A DNA stretch of 58,812 nt, taken from NCBI GenBank assembly GCA_964652875.1, contig CAZZEF010000002.1, positions 1 to 58,812 on the forward strand, given 5' to 3'. The notes beneath the pieces were generated by a model. The model was not told the origin of the DNA, did not search any database, and saw only the letters and a program-made list of their open reading frames with translations. This document shows positions 46,347-56,134 of this stretch, piece by piece. This DNA comes from an uncultured Planctomycetaceae bacterium. GTDB lineage: Bacteria; Planctomycetota; Planctomycetia; Pirellulales; Thermoguttaceae. Each line of letters starts with the position of its first letter. The first letter of the stretch is position 1. A program made the translations under genes and the position numbers.

Positions 46347-46414
46347 TGTTAAAATTAAATGTTATGTTTCATCATCGGGAAAGTCCGTCGCTGTTCCGGA
46401 ATCGATAAACGCTG

Positions 46415-47374
46415 TTATTTTGGAGGAATTTTCATCATAAACGGAATTTCATTTTCTTTTGCGTATTCTTGCGCAACGGAATTGGGCGCACCGGTAATAA
46501 TAAATTCACCGCAACAAAGGAACGCGTTATCTCCAATTTTTGTTACACCTTTTGGAAGATCAACAGATCTTAGGGAATCGCAGGACTCGAAGGTTCCTTC
46601 TTCAATTTCCTGAACACCTTCGGGAATTTCAACTGACTTTAAAGACTTGCAATCATTGAATGCGTGTTCCCCTATCTTCGTTATCCCTTGAGGAAATTCT
46701 ATCGATTTTAAACCGGTACAACCAGAGAACGCACAGGCACCAATCTCCTTTACATTTTCGGGAATGACTATTTTTCCTTCGGCGGACGGCCAGGCAACAA
46801 GAATTTTTCCGTCCCGACTTAACAGCATGCCGTCTTTTTCCGTATAAGACAAATTTTCTTCGGAAATAATTATTTCTGTTAAGGACGCGCAATACGCGAA
46901 CGCATCGTTATCAATTTTCTCAACGCTGGAGGGAATAACCACCGACCTCAAAGAATAACAGTATTTAAAAGCATCTTTTTGAATCATCGTCACCCCTTGA
47001 GGAATAATTATCGATTTTAAGGCGCAGCCGCAAAACACTCCCCGTCCTATTTTGGTCATAGCTTTGGGGATCTCTATTGACGACAAAGACTCGCAGCCGC
47101 CAAATGCGTTTTCTCCCATTGTCATTACCCCTTGAGGAATAGTCACCGATGTTAAAGACGAACAATATCTGAACGCGTTTCTTCCAATTGTTTTTACTTC
47201 TTCGGGAATTACCGCCGACGTTAGGGATTCACAGTTCATAAAAACCTTCGGACCGATCGACGTTACTGTTTTTTCGTCAATTTCCGCCGGAATTACGAGA
47301 TTATTCCCGGTGCCGATGTACCCTGTAATTTTGATGCCGTTGTCTTGTTCTTTCCATTCATATTCTGAATTCAT
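46415..47374 (-). CDS. BspA-type leucine-rich-repeat protein (LRR_5)
   Basis: About 23-aa periodic units of the form F..C.SL.SV.IP.GV..IG..AF..C, repeated about 10 times. No signal peptide is present. Confidence 0.85.
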   Translation of the reverse strand: MNSEYEWKEQDNGIKITGYIGTGNNLVIPAEIDEKTVTSIGPKVFMNCESLTSAVIPEEVKTIGRNAFRYCSSLTSVTIPQGVMTMGENAFGGCESLSSIEIPKAMTKIGRGVFCGCALKSIIIPQGVTMIQKDAFKYCYSLRSVVIPSSVEKIDNDAFAYCASLTEIIISEENLSYTEKDGMLLSRDGKILVAWPSAEGKIVIPENVKEIGACAFSGCTGLKSIEFPQGITKIGEHAFNDCKSLKSVEIPEGVQEIEEGTFESCDSLRSVDLPKGVTKIGDNAFLCCGEFIITGAPNSVAQEYAKENEIPFMMKIPPK

Positions 47375-47624
47375 TGATACTTTCTCTTTTTTTCTAATTT
47401 CATTTTATCCTAGTGCAACAATTATTTTTATTTAAGTCGCATTATGTTTTCGACTAATTGAATCAACGGGCGTTTTTAGAATTTTCGAACTTATGCTTAT
47501 TTCCAATTACAAGTATGTCTCAACCGCCGATTTACATTTTCAACGCGCAATACAAAATATTGACAGGAACGTTTTTTACATTGAAAGCGTTTTTTCATTT
47601 TACATCAATTTCGAACGTTCTCCA

Positions 47625-48221
47625 TTACTCTTCAATTTCCAACCGCCTTTCAAAATCATCGTCAGTCCAGCAGCCGGAAAGATCTCCCGAGTAAGCAACG
47701 TCCGCAAAACCGATTCCAAGAACTTTGTCCCGACAAGTAATTACACCTATTCCATGCTCTGCCTCTAATTCTGTTTCGAACGAATATCCGACCAGAGCAA
47801 TACCGTCCCGGACCACATCGGTCAAGGTGATACCTGAAAAATAAAAGATGCGGCCAAGTCCTTTGACAGAACTCAATTCCGGAAAATCGCCATCTTCTCC
47901 AAAATCATATAGATCCTCAAGTACTTTCATTTCTAATTTACGGTATTTTAGATAGAATGCATGCAGATCTTGAAGGATCACATCTTTGATCTTTTCTTCA
48001 TTTGTCTTTGTGTATTCCCAAGCTGCCCTTTGAGCAGTCAGCAGCTCATTGGGGACGGCATTGTTTTCCGTATGCCCCAAATCCACTATCAAACCGGAGA
48101 ACGGATTATCTTCGTCATATTCTTCCTGTTCTTGAATAAAATCCTGCCATGCGGGAAATTTCCATATAATCCATGCTCCGTTATCATCCTGCGTAAAGTC
48201 CGAAATCGATTCTGATGACAT
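47625..48221 (-). CDS. Acidic immunity-like protein (DUF6985-like pattern, tentative)
   Basis: 198 aa and highly acidic. The C-terminal ELEAEHGIGVITCRDKVLGIGFADVAY resembles the EHG-containing motif of that family as I recall it. Confidence 0.5.
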   Translation of the reverse strand: MSSESISDFTQDDNGAWIIWKFPAWQDFIQEQEEYDEDNPFSGLIVDLGHTENNAVPNELLTAQRAAWEYTKTNEEKIKDVILQDLHAFYLKYRKLEMKVLEDLYDFGEDGDFPELSSVKGLGRIFYFSGITLTDVVRDGIALVGYSFETELEAEHGIGVITCRDKVLGIGFADVAYSGDLSGCWTDDDFERRLEIEE

Positions 48222-48396
48222 TGCAAAAACTCTTTCTTCATAAGTAATATTATTTGACGAATGCTATTTCACCTCAATCAATCACTTCTATTTTTACAAA
48301 AAAAGAAGTGACCGTAAAAAAGGAGAACAGAAGTAAAATTTTATCGGTGTATACACAATATACACCGATAGTATTATGATTTTTTCATTCTAACCC

Positions 48397-48462
48397 TAAA
48401 AAACAACCGTTTTTCGCAATCACTCGGAGGAATTTAATTAATTTAAAAGGAGTACGGTATAA
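48397..48462 (-). repeat. PAL element copy G (diverged)
   Basis: The reverse complement reads TTATACCGTACTCCTTTTAAATTAATTAAATTCCTCCGAGTGATTGCGAAAAACGGTTGTTTTTT. Confidence 0.55.
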
Positions 48463-48864
48463 CATCTATGACCTTACAAACAAGTCCACTTCTCAATATT
48501 TTATAGCCAACATTGCAGAACGATCGATCAATACAAATTCAAGGATTTCTTTTTTATTCCGTCGGATCTCCGACCCTTGAAGAAAATCGGTCTTAACTCT
48601 TTTTTATTTCCTTCCATTCGGTTTTCTGTCCTTTTCCCGTTTGCAGTGATTAAATATATTTTCCATAATTACCCGACAAAGTCAAGTACTGTTTGATTGA
48701 CGCCTGATATAAAAGGATACCCAATCGTTTTTTGAAACCTAACCAGCACTATTGGTCCGCCCCTATTACCCAATTAATTCGAAACGGATTCCGTTCTATA
48801 TTGAGTTTAGTAAAACTGGCTCCTGGCAAAACGATTTCTATTAATAGCGTTTTTTCAAGACTAC

Positions 48865-48970
48865 TTTTATACTGCTCTTATTTTAAATTTTCCGTTATTT
48901 CCGCCGATTGACTGCGTGAATCGGCTGTTCTTTGTACGTTATAATGAAAAATTCAACAAGGAACCAGTAT
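48865..48970 (+). repeat. PAL element copy E
   Basis: TTTTATACTGCTCTTATTTTAAATTTTCCGTTATTTCCGCCGATTGACTGCGTGAATCGGCTG... Its last 85 nt are identical to copy D. Confidence 0.9.
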
Positions 48971-49019
48971 AACATTATTTTTTCCTGTTTCTTATACTTA
49001 CGAACGACTCTTTTCAATC

Positions 49020-50021
49020 TCAGTCCGGTATAACGGACATGCGGGCAATTTGAATCATCATTAAAATGAAGCCAAGAAAAAATATTCCAATAGCGGGCTG
49101 GAGAATAAAAAGCGAGAAAAGCGGCAAACAAAACAATAGTAAAATATAACAAAATATTTTTATTTCGACAGGATATTCTTTTTTTAATTCATTCTTCTCT
49201 TTTTTCTTTCTTTGATAAAAACAGGCATTCCCGCCCATTGCGGTAAGTCCTCCGTAAAATGCGGTTGCAGCGCAGATAAACGCCGCGGCTTTTTCTTCTC
49301 TTAAAAACAATCCAATAACCAAGAGATACCAAAGAGTCAAGGTGAACATAAAAAACATAAAAGCTTTTTCTCGTTTTTCATTTTTGTGCGATCCTGTCTT
49401 TCCGTTACTGGAGAGAAACCTCTGCTTCTCTCTGTTTTTTCGTTCTATGTATCGCAAAAGCGTTATCGTAAAATTCACCAAGGCAACTATCAGAAACAGA
49501 ATACCAACGCTGCCGAAATACAGATAAACCTCAAGAGCTTTTTCCGGCCCAAGTTGGGTTGTTCCGACAAGAGTCCCCTTGATTCGAGCATAACGGGGAC
49601 AGCTTTTATAGATCTCCATCTGTACTTTGTCCCCAGCATTAAAAAATGAGGCAGCAGTTCCCTTACAAGTAAAAGAATATTTTTTCCCGTTGAACTGATA
49701 CTCCCCTTCATACCCCTTAGGGAAAAAACTTTTTGTAATCCGAAATGTTTTCCGAACATTTCCTGTCGGTTCCGATTCGATACACCAGCCGTTTTGCCGA
49801 GAAGATAATGAAATAACCGCGCAATCGGGCCGCAATGCGACAAAGGCCAAAATATTCCAAGCCAGAATAAAAATGACCCCTCCAAACGCGGACACCGGGT
49901 GTCTGAACATTCCATTCGATTGGACAACATTTTTCAAACCCGATAATCTGATCTTCCGAGACATTTTCTTTCTCCAATTTCGAGAAGGATCTGTATTTTC
50001 GAACCTTTCAATTATTCCCAA
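49020..50021 (-). CDS. Multi-TM membrane protein with DUF3592-like central beta region
   Basis: 333 aa. TM segments flank EGEYQFNGKKYSFTCKGTAASFFNAGDKVQMEIYKSCPRYARI. Confidence 0.6.
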   Translation of the reverse strand: MGIIERFENTDPSRNWRKKMSRKIRLSGLKNVVQSNGMFRHPVSAFGGVIFILAWNILAFVALRPDCAVISLSSRQNGWCIESEPTGNVRKTFRITKSFFPKGYEGEYQFNGKKYSFTCKGTAASFFNAGDKVQMEIYKSCPRYARIKGTLVGTTQLGPEKALEVYLYFGSVGILFLIVALVNFTITLLRYIERKNREKQRFLSSNGKTGSHKNEKREKAFMFFMFTLTLWYLLVIGLFLREEKAAAFICAATAFYGGLTAMGGNACFYQRKKKEKNELKKEYPVEIKIFCYILLLFCLPLFSLFILQPAIGIFFLGFILMMIQIARMSVIPD

Positions 50022-50065
50022 AATTAATTACCGTCCGACTGATCGACGTCTTGAACATTTTTGTT

Positions 50066-50425
50066 TTAATATATTGACCATTTCCTGGTCCCTTTTGTTG
50101 CTGCATTACTTTCCATTTTTGTCACGTTCAAAAGATCTCGGGCGAACGTTGCCGCTCTGTTTTTTCCCTGTCTTGATTTCAAATATTCGCGGCAATTCCC
50201 TTTATCAATCGTCCGATTCAACTGAAGCGCAAGTTCGTAAAGAAGCGCCAGAAATGGTGCGGAGTCGTTATAGCGCCAGCTGTCGACCGATCGCTGAAAA
50301 CTCTCAAAAATAACTTCCGAATATTTTGGAAATTCTTTTGCAACAATATTAAAATGTTCCGCCCATAGAAATGAGGCGGTTAAATTCTTCTTCCAAAGTG
50401 TCCGAATCGATTCATGCAAAAACAT
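50066..50425 (-). CDS. Unknown protein, C-terminal part of a probably frameshifted gene
   Basis: The ORF starts inside a T5 run that also ends the upstream ORF. Confidence 0.4.
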   Translation of the reverse strand: MFLHESIRTLWKKNLTASFLWAEHFNIVAKEFPKYSEVIFESFQRSVDSWRYNDSAPFLALLYELALQLNRTIDKGNCREYLKSRQGKNRAATFARDLLNVTKMESNAATKGTRKWSIY

Positions 50426-50726
50426 TTGGGAAGTTCGTCAAACCGGTTGTCGTCGCGATACCCGTTGAAACGTCCCCATTTTTTATATTCGTAAAATCGC
50501 CCGTTGCCAAAATCGCCGTTTCAACAAACATGATAAAATTGCGATAAAGCGGAAAAGACTCTTTGTCAGACCTGTAAATACCTGTTATCCGTTGATGAAT
50601 TTCGTTTCCGGAAGATTTTCGGTTGGAGAATAAAACGAAACAGCACCTGAACATCACCCCCATTTCCCTGACAGGGGATACTATTTGACAACCAATCGAC
50701 AACAGGCAAATAACATTGTTTTCCAA
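50412..50726 (-). CDS. Unknown protein, N-terminal part of a probably frameshifted gene
   Basis: It ends with GTTTTTGCATGA. Removing one T fuses it to 50066..50425. Confidence 0.35.
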   Translation of the reverse strand: MENNVICLLSIGCQIVSPVREMGVMFRCCFVLFSNRKSSGNEIHQRITGIYRSDKESFPLYRNFIMFVETAILATGDFTNIKNGDVSTGIATTTGLTNFPNVFA

Positions 50727-50899
50727 TCTTTTCAGGCATTTTATAAATAATTCGAAATAACAGAAGAATTCAGCGTCGAAAGGACATCAGCAAGTTTTTT
50801 CCGCCGGCTCGGAAAAACTTTTGCTCCCGGACAAATCTTTCGATAAATTGTCTTTCATAACAGTCTCCTGTTCAATCGGATCCAATATAAATTGATCAA

Positions 50900-50966
50900 G
50901 GCCCTCCGCTCATTAACCGTTCGCCGAATTCCGAAAATTTCTTCATCTGTATGTTTTACAGTATAA
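50900..50966 (-). repeat. PAL element trace J (degenerate)
   Basis: CCGAAAATTTCTTCATCTGTATGTTTTACAGTATAAC resembles the outer end ACGGAAAATTTAAAAGAAATGCAGTATAAAT. The hairpin is not preserved. Confidence 0.3.
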
Positions 50967-51232
50967 CTAAAAAAGAAAATGAAAAAAAGCGTCTTTATTA
51001 GAATTTTAAAATTTTTTAGAAATATCGCGAAGAAAAGAACGTTGATAATTTTTCATCATTAGAAAAAGATACCCCTCCGTTTATTGGAGAAGGTTCTCCC
51101 GTTTCTTTCCCCAATTTTTCCGGAGCGAAATACCGCAAGCGGCGGATAATCCCTTTTTAAAATCGGAACCGCGACGCATATCTTCCGACCCTCTTCTTGT
51201 TTTTGGGATCCTGACTTAATAACAAACCTCTT

Positions 51233-52312
51233 TTATTTTATCTTTGTATTATTAGGAACTTTTTCTTTCAAATCGTTTTCCAGCTGGCGGGCCTCTTTCT
51301 GCGCAATGATACTTAAAATAATCAACTGAAGCGCATGAAAAATCATTGTTGGTAAAATAAGAATACCTGCCAAACGGGGATCCCCCAAAAGAACTTTCGA
51401 CATGACGGTTCCGTGAACAAGCGATTTTTTTGATCCGCAATAAGAAGCAGTGATCCGGTCGCCCCTGTTAAAACACAAAAAATGACAGATCAGCGAAATG
51501 ACACCGAATACGATAAAGAAAATCGCAGCCATCGCGGCACATAAAATCAGCAGAGATTTCGTTGAAAGTCCGGAAAACATATCCTCTTCAAACGACTGAC
51601 AAAATGAGGTATAAACGATAAGAAGAATAACGCCCTGATCAAATTTTTTGAGCGCCGAATTATGGCGTTTTGAAAACGATCCCAGCCACCGATGCATAAA
51701 AATTCCCAAAAGAACGGGTACCAGGACCTGCAAGATCAAATTAAACAGAACCTTGGAGAAATCATGTCCGCCTGTCTCGCCGGTAATGAAAATACTCATC
51801 CAAAGCGGCGTTAGAAAGACCCCTAAAATACTGGATAAACTGGCGTTGAAAATGGCGCCTGTTACATTTCCGCGGGCAATGTTCACCATTACAACCGACG
51901 AAGAAACCGTCGAAGGGAGAGCAGCCAGAAAAAAAGTTCCCAGCCATAAACCAGTCTTGACCGACTGATCAGAACCAAGTCCTTCCGCAATCAGAACAGT
52001 AATATCTTCCGGAGTCGGGATCCGATAAAAGACTTTCATAAAAATAAGGATCAGCAACGGGAAAAAAACGAACGTTCCGAATAAAACAACCAAATGCAGT
52101 TTCCAATTGGTCAAGCCGGCCCAAATCTCCGGCCAGTCCATTCGCAGTCCATAAAAGAAAAAAATGGCGGAAATTCCGTAAGCGGCGGCAGTATGCAGAG
52201 AAAAAAGATCTGTTCCACTTCCGATCTTTGGACAAAGCCAAGCCAGCAGGATCATTATAAAAAGCAGAACAACAAAAGGTTCAAGTCCGAACCGTCTCAA
52301 TTTTTCACTCAT
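51233..52312 (-). CDS. Bile acid:sodium symporter-family (SBF-like/YfeH-type) transporter
   Basis: 359 aa with about 10 TM segments, matching the SBF-like layout. Confidence 0.65.
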   Translation of the reverse strand: MSEKLRRFGLEPFVVLLFIMILLAWLCPKIGSGTDLFSLHTAAAYGISAIFFFYGLRMDWPEIWAGLTNWKLHLVVLFGTFVFFPLLILIFMKVFYRIPTPEDITVLIAEGLGSDQSVKTGLWLGTFFLAALPSTVSSSVVMVNIARGNVTGAIFNASLSSILGVFLTPLWMSIFITGETGGHDFSKVLFNLILQVLVPVLLGIFMHRWLGSFSKRHNSALKKFDQGVILLIVYTSFCQSFEEDMFSGLSTKSLLILCAAMAAIFFIVFGVISLICHFLCFNRGDRITASYCGSKKSLVHGTVMSKVLLGDPRLAGILILPTMIFHALQLIILSIIAQKEARQLENDLKEKVPNNTKIK

Positions 52313-52663
52313 CGTTCCCCGGCCGCTTTCTGTTACACAGATCGTTATTTTATATTGCTCTCATTTGAAATTTCGCGATTTACACCGGACGGTATTAGAG
52401 CCCGGTGCTGACAACGGGACAATAAAAATTTTAAGCAAACACAAGAATATCAGGCAAAATTTCAACAGAATCAATACCGTTTGAATTCTTAAAATTTTGA
52501 TCAAGTCGCTTACAGTAAACAATAGTACCCGCCTCTTTTATTGTATCGTCTCAATCACTTCGTCAACCATCTGACTAAAAAAAATGCGGAAAAACAATTT
52601 CATTCTGACGTTCAAGTCTCAATGAATTTATTTTTCCGCAATATCCGATTCGGATCGATAATT

Positions 52664-55135
52664 TTATTTAATCGGTTTCGGCGGGAAGGGAGAAGGCCCC
52701 AGGATCTCTGTCAAACGATTGGTGTCAAGCTCTTCCTCTTCGATCAGCGCACTGCTGAGTTTATCCAGCAACTCGCGTTTTTCATTCAAAATAGTATCGG
52801 CCTGATGATCCGATTCATCCAAAATTCTTCGAATTTCCTCGTCGATAATTTGCGCGGTCGCTTCGCTGTATTCGCGGCTTTCGGAAATTTCCCTACCCAA
52901 GAACGGATGCGATTCACCGGTTCGGAAGGCAAGCGGCCCCAACTTGGGACTCATTCCCCAATTGACAACCATTCGGCGCGCTGTTTGTGTTGCCTGTTTC
53001 AAGTCACTCTCGGCACCGGCACTTATTTCATTAAAGATCAAACGTTCGGCCGCGCGGCCTCCGAGCGTCATCGCCAACTTCGCCCGAACTTTTGACTCGG
53101 TGATATTGAGCTGCTCTTCTTCCGGCAGAAAATAAGTTACACCAAGCGCTTGACCGCGCGGAATGATCGTTACCTTTTGAACATGCATGTCGCGCATCGT
53201 AAACCAGCCGATGATCGTATGCCCCGCTTCATGATAAGCCGTATTGCGTTTCTCTTCGTCAGAAATGACTTCTTCCCGTTTGAGTCCCATGACAACTTTT
53301 TCATGCGCAAATTCAAGATCCGCCATGTCAACCTTCGTTTTATTATTGCGGGTCGCCCAAAGCGCGGCTTCATTGACTAAATTACGAATATCCGCTCCCG
53401 TAAAACCGACCGTACTTCGAGCCAGCCGTTCGGCATCAACATCATCGGCGCAAGGGATCTTCGTCAAATAAACTTTGAAAATGTCAACACGTCCTTTAAG
53501 CGATGGCCGATCAACAGTAATATGCCGGTCGAACCGTCCGGGACGCATCAGCGCCTGATCCAAAACGTCCGGTCTGTTCGTCGCCGCCATTACCATTACC
53601 GACTCGGTCTGCGTAAACCCGTCCATTTCGCTAAGGATCTGATTGAGTGTCTGCTCCCGTTCATCATGACCGCCGCCGAGACCTGTTCCCCGCTGCCGGC
53701 CAACCGCGTCAATTTCGTCGATAAAGAGAATAGACGGCGCATTTTGCTTGGCAACATTAAACAAATCGCGGACTCGGCTTGCCCCGACACCAACATAAAG
53801 CTGAATAAATTCAGATCCGTTGATTGAGAAGAATGGAACACCCGCTTCACCGGCAACCGCTCGTCCAAGCAATGTTTTACCGGTTCCCGGAGGGCCGAAC
53901 AGCAACGTTCCTTTTGGAACCCGGGCACCCATCTTGCGGTATTTTTCCGGATTCTTTAGAAAATCGACTATTTCAACCAGTTCCTGCTTGACATTCTCCA
54001 AACCCGCAACATCCTTGAAGGTGATCGTTTCGCCGGAATTCGGTTCATAACGGCGCGCCGGACTGCTGCTGAACGTATTGAGATAATTTCCCTGATCAAC
54101 GGTTCGTCGCATTCTGAAGATCATCCAAATCAGAAAAATCGTCAGCCCGATCGAAATGATCATTGTAATCATTCCCGAACGATCAGAAGGCGTTTCGGAA
54201 GTAAACGTTTTAACGCCGTTTCGAATTTTTTCATCCAAATTTTGGTCGGCGTAAGCAGTTATCGGGATCTCACAGCTGAAATCGGAAGTAATATAATACC
54301 CGGTTCGTTTTACTTTGCCGTTATCAAGCTTATATACAATTTCATAATAGCCGGGAACAGTCTTTTCTTCTTTTTTTCTGTTTTTGATTTTTTTATACTG
54401 TGCGCCCCAATATTTATTGACTTTATCAGGATCGCCGTCTTTGCATTCGGAAATAATCGCGGCCCGTTGAATCGCGGTTAATTTGGGCGCCGCTTTTCGA
54501 AGCAGTTTGTCAAACAGCTGGTCACCATTCGGTATAATCTTGGGAACAGTCCAAAGAACAGGCGGTTCGGTCAATTCTCCCTGAATGGCATTTCCTTTAA
54601 GATTGACGGTATCGATCTTTCCGGAAACCAGCAGATAATTGAAACCGTTCCAGGAAACAGTCATTTTGTCCGACGCTCCGAAAAAATTCGAAAACAACAG
54701 ACAGATGAGAAGACAGGCCGCCAGAAGAATTATAAACGAAGGAAAGGGCGACTTCGGAGGAAGCGATCGTTCAGATCCGTTTTTATCATGTCCTGAATCA
54801 ACGCGATGAATTGTCACTCGCGGCTTATGCTGATCAGAATTTTGACCGTCCGAAGACGAGTCAGGAGCTTGGGGGTTCTGATCACCGTTGGAATCAGATC
54901 CTTTACTGTCGTCTTTGTTATCGTTCGAAAAACTCCGGTCATCGGTTTCCGACGAGTTTTCATTATCTGAAATTCCCGAATCGGTTTTACCTGTTTTTCC
55001 GTTCGAATCATTATTGCCGGAGTCAGAGTTTATATTGGTCATCAGAGAGTTTCCCTGAAAACATAATTGCGGTTTGCGAACGCGTAACAGTTTTGCGATA
55101 ATTTCAGCTAAATAGTCCTTCATTGTTTTATCCAA
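52664..55135 (-). CDS. ftsH: ATP-dependent zinc metalloprotease FtsH with long low-complexity N-terminal extension
   Basis: Contains [26 protein letters not shown], the SRH region and HEAGHTI. Confidence 0.9.
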   Translation of the reverse strand: MDKTMKDYLAEIIAKLLRVRKPQLCFQGNSLMTNINSDSGNNDSNGKTGKTDSGISDNENSSETDDRSFSNDNKDDSKGSDSNGDQNPQAPDSSSDGQNSDQHKPRVTIHRVDSGHDKNGSERSLPPKSPFPSFIILLAACLLICLLFSNFFGASDKMTVSWNGFNYLLVSGKIDTVNLKGNAIQGELTEPPVLWTVPKIIPNGDQLFDKLLRKAAPKLTAIQRAAIISECKDGDPDKVNKYWGAQYKKIKNRKKEEKTVPGYYEIVYKLDNGKVKRTGYYITSDFSCEIPITAYADQNLDEKIRNGVKTFTSETPSDRSGMITMIISIGLTIFLIWMIFRMRRTVDQGNYLNTFSSSPARRYEPNSGETITFKDVAGLENVKQELVEIVDFLKNPEKYRKMGARVPKGTLLFGPPGTGKTLLGRAVAGEAGVPFFSINGSEFIQLYVGVGASRVRDLFNVAKQNAPSILFIDEIDAVGRQRGTGLGGGHDEREQTLNQILSEMDGFTQTESVMVMAATNRPDVLDQALMRPGRFDRHITVDRPSLKGRVDIFKVYLTKIPCADDVDAERLARSTVGFTGADIRNLVNEAALWATRNNKTKVDMADLEFAHEKVVMGLKREEVISDEEKRNTAYHEAGHTIIGWFTMRDMHVQKVTIIPRGQALGVTYFLPEEEQLNITESKVRAKLAMTLGGRAAERLIFNEISAGAESDLKQATQTARRMVVNWGMSPKLGPLAFRTGESHPFLGREISESREYSEATAQIIDEEIRRILDESDHQADTILNEKRELLDKLSSALIEEEELDTNRLTEILGPSPFPPKPIK

Positions 55136-55666
55136 ATGCTTTCAAGTCTTTCAGGAATTTTTCCTTTAGTTTGTGTATATTGTCTATTATATCCAGGAAC
55201 AGTAAAATAGCCATAGCCAAATTTCGAATTTTTCTTTAAATTAAACACGAAACAGTTTTCTCTATCTTTTTATTATTTTCGACCGATTAATAACCTAAAT
55301 GTCATTTTATGTTTACAGTTCTTTATATTAATTATTAACACCATTTTCTTTTATGTATTTTCAATTTCCTTCAACTCAGACATAAACATACTTAAAAGTT
55401 TCCTGTTTTGAGTAATTCTTTTAAACCAGCTCTTCTAGTCATAAAAGAAACACCCAAAAAAATTTGTCTATAATAAATAAACCGTCTATAAGGTCCTGTT
55501 TATAAAATTACCGGTCTTGTCAGAAGAAAATGCGAAAAATTAAAACGGAAAAATTTTCTTACTTTTGCGGCTGCAACGGGCTAAACTTATAATGATCAAT
55601 AAAGTGAAAGGCCGAAAATTTCGGAAAGATCAAAATTGTTCTCCGCAACAAATAAAGGAAGGTTAA

Positions 55667-55960
55667 ATGAAAGCGTTTTTTAGAATCTTATTATTATTTT
55701 TAATAATATTTGTTATTTATGAAACAAAGAACACAAGTTTTGCTCGGGAACCGTCTTCCGCCAGCATATTGAGACAATACAATCAAATTTTTCTACCGCC
55801 GGTCAATGTTGTAAACTCACCTCCGGTTTATGTCGGGCCAACTTACACGACCTATTATAACCCTCCGGTTTACGTTAATAATTATCCGCCTGTTTGGCTT
55901 CCCGGCCCGGTTATTATCCGCTACCCTGGACACCCGTTTTTAAGAACATTTATTCCTTGA
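55667..55960 (+). CDS. Small secreted protein with PPVYV repeats
   Basis: Signal peptide, then SPPVYVGPTYTTYYNPPVYVNNYPPVWLPGP. AAGGAAGG SD precedes the start. Confidence 0.5.
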   Translation: MKAFFRILLLFLIIFVIYETKNTSFAREPSSASILRQYNQIFLPPVNVVNSPPVYVGPTYTTYYNPPVYVNNYPPVWLPGPVIIRYPGHPFLRTFIP

Positions 55961-56034
55961 TTATTCGGCTATCAAACCGCCTTTTTTGGGGTTGATTTAA
56001 AACAGCAGTTAAATCTTAATTATATAAAATAAAA

Positions 56035-56070
56035 AATGACAGAGAACAGTATTTATAACTCTCTGTCATT
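56035..56070 (-). terminator. Terminator of ybjQ
   Basis: The TGACAGAGA/TCTCTGTCA stem is followed by a T6 run on the minus strand. Confidence 0.7.
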
Positions 56071-56134
56071 TATAAAAATAGAAGATCTTTATTCATCAAG
56101 GAATTTCATGAGGACAACCGCATCGCATTGAATA

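Noticed and set aside
46018-48970. PAL elements as integron attC sites with a cassette array
   Set aside because: I could not find the RYYYAAC / GTTRRRY core pair at the element ends. Copies occur in both orientations and beside core genes. No IntI-like recombinase is in the window. The cassette-like layout is noted in the findings, but an integron call is unsupported.
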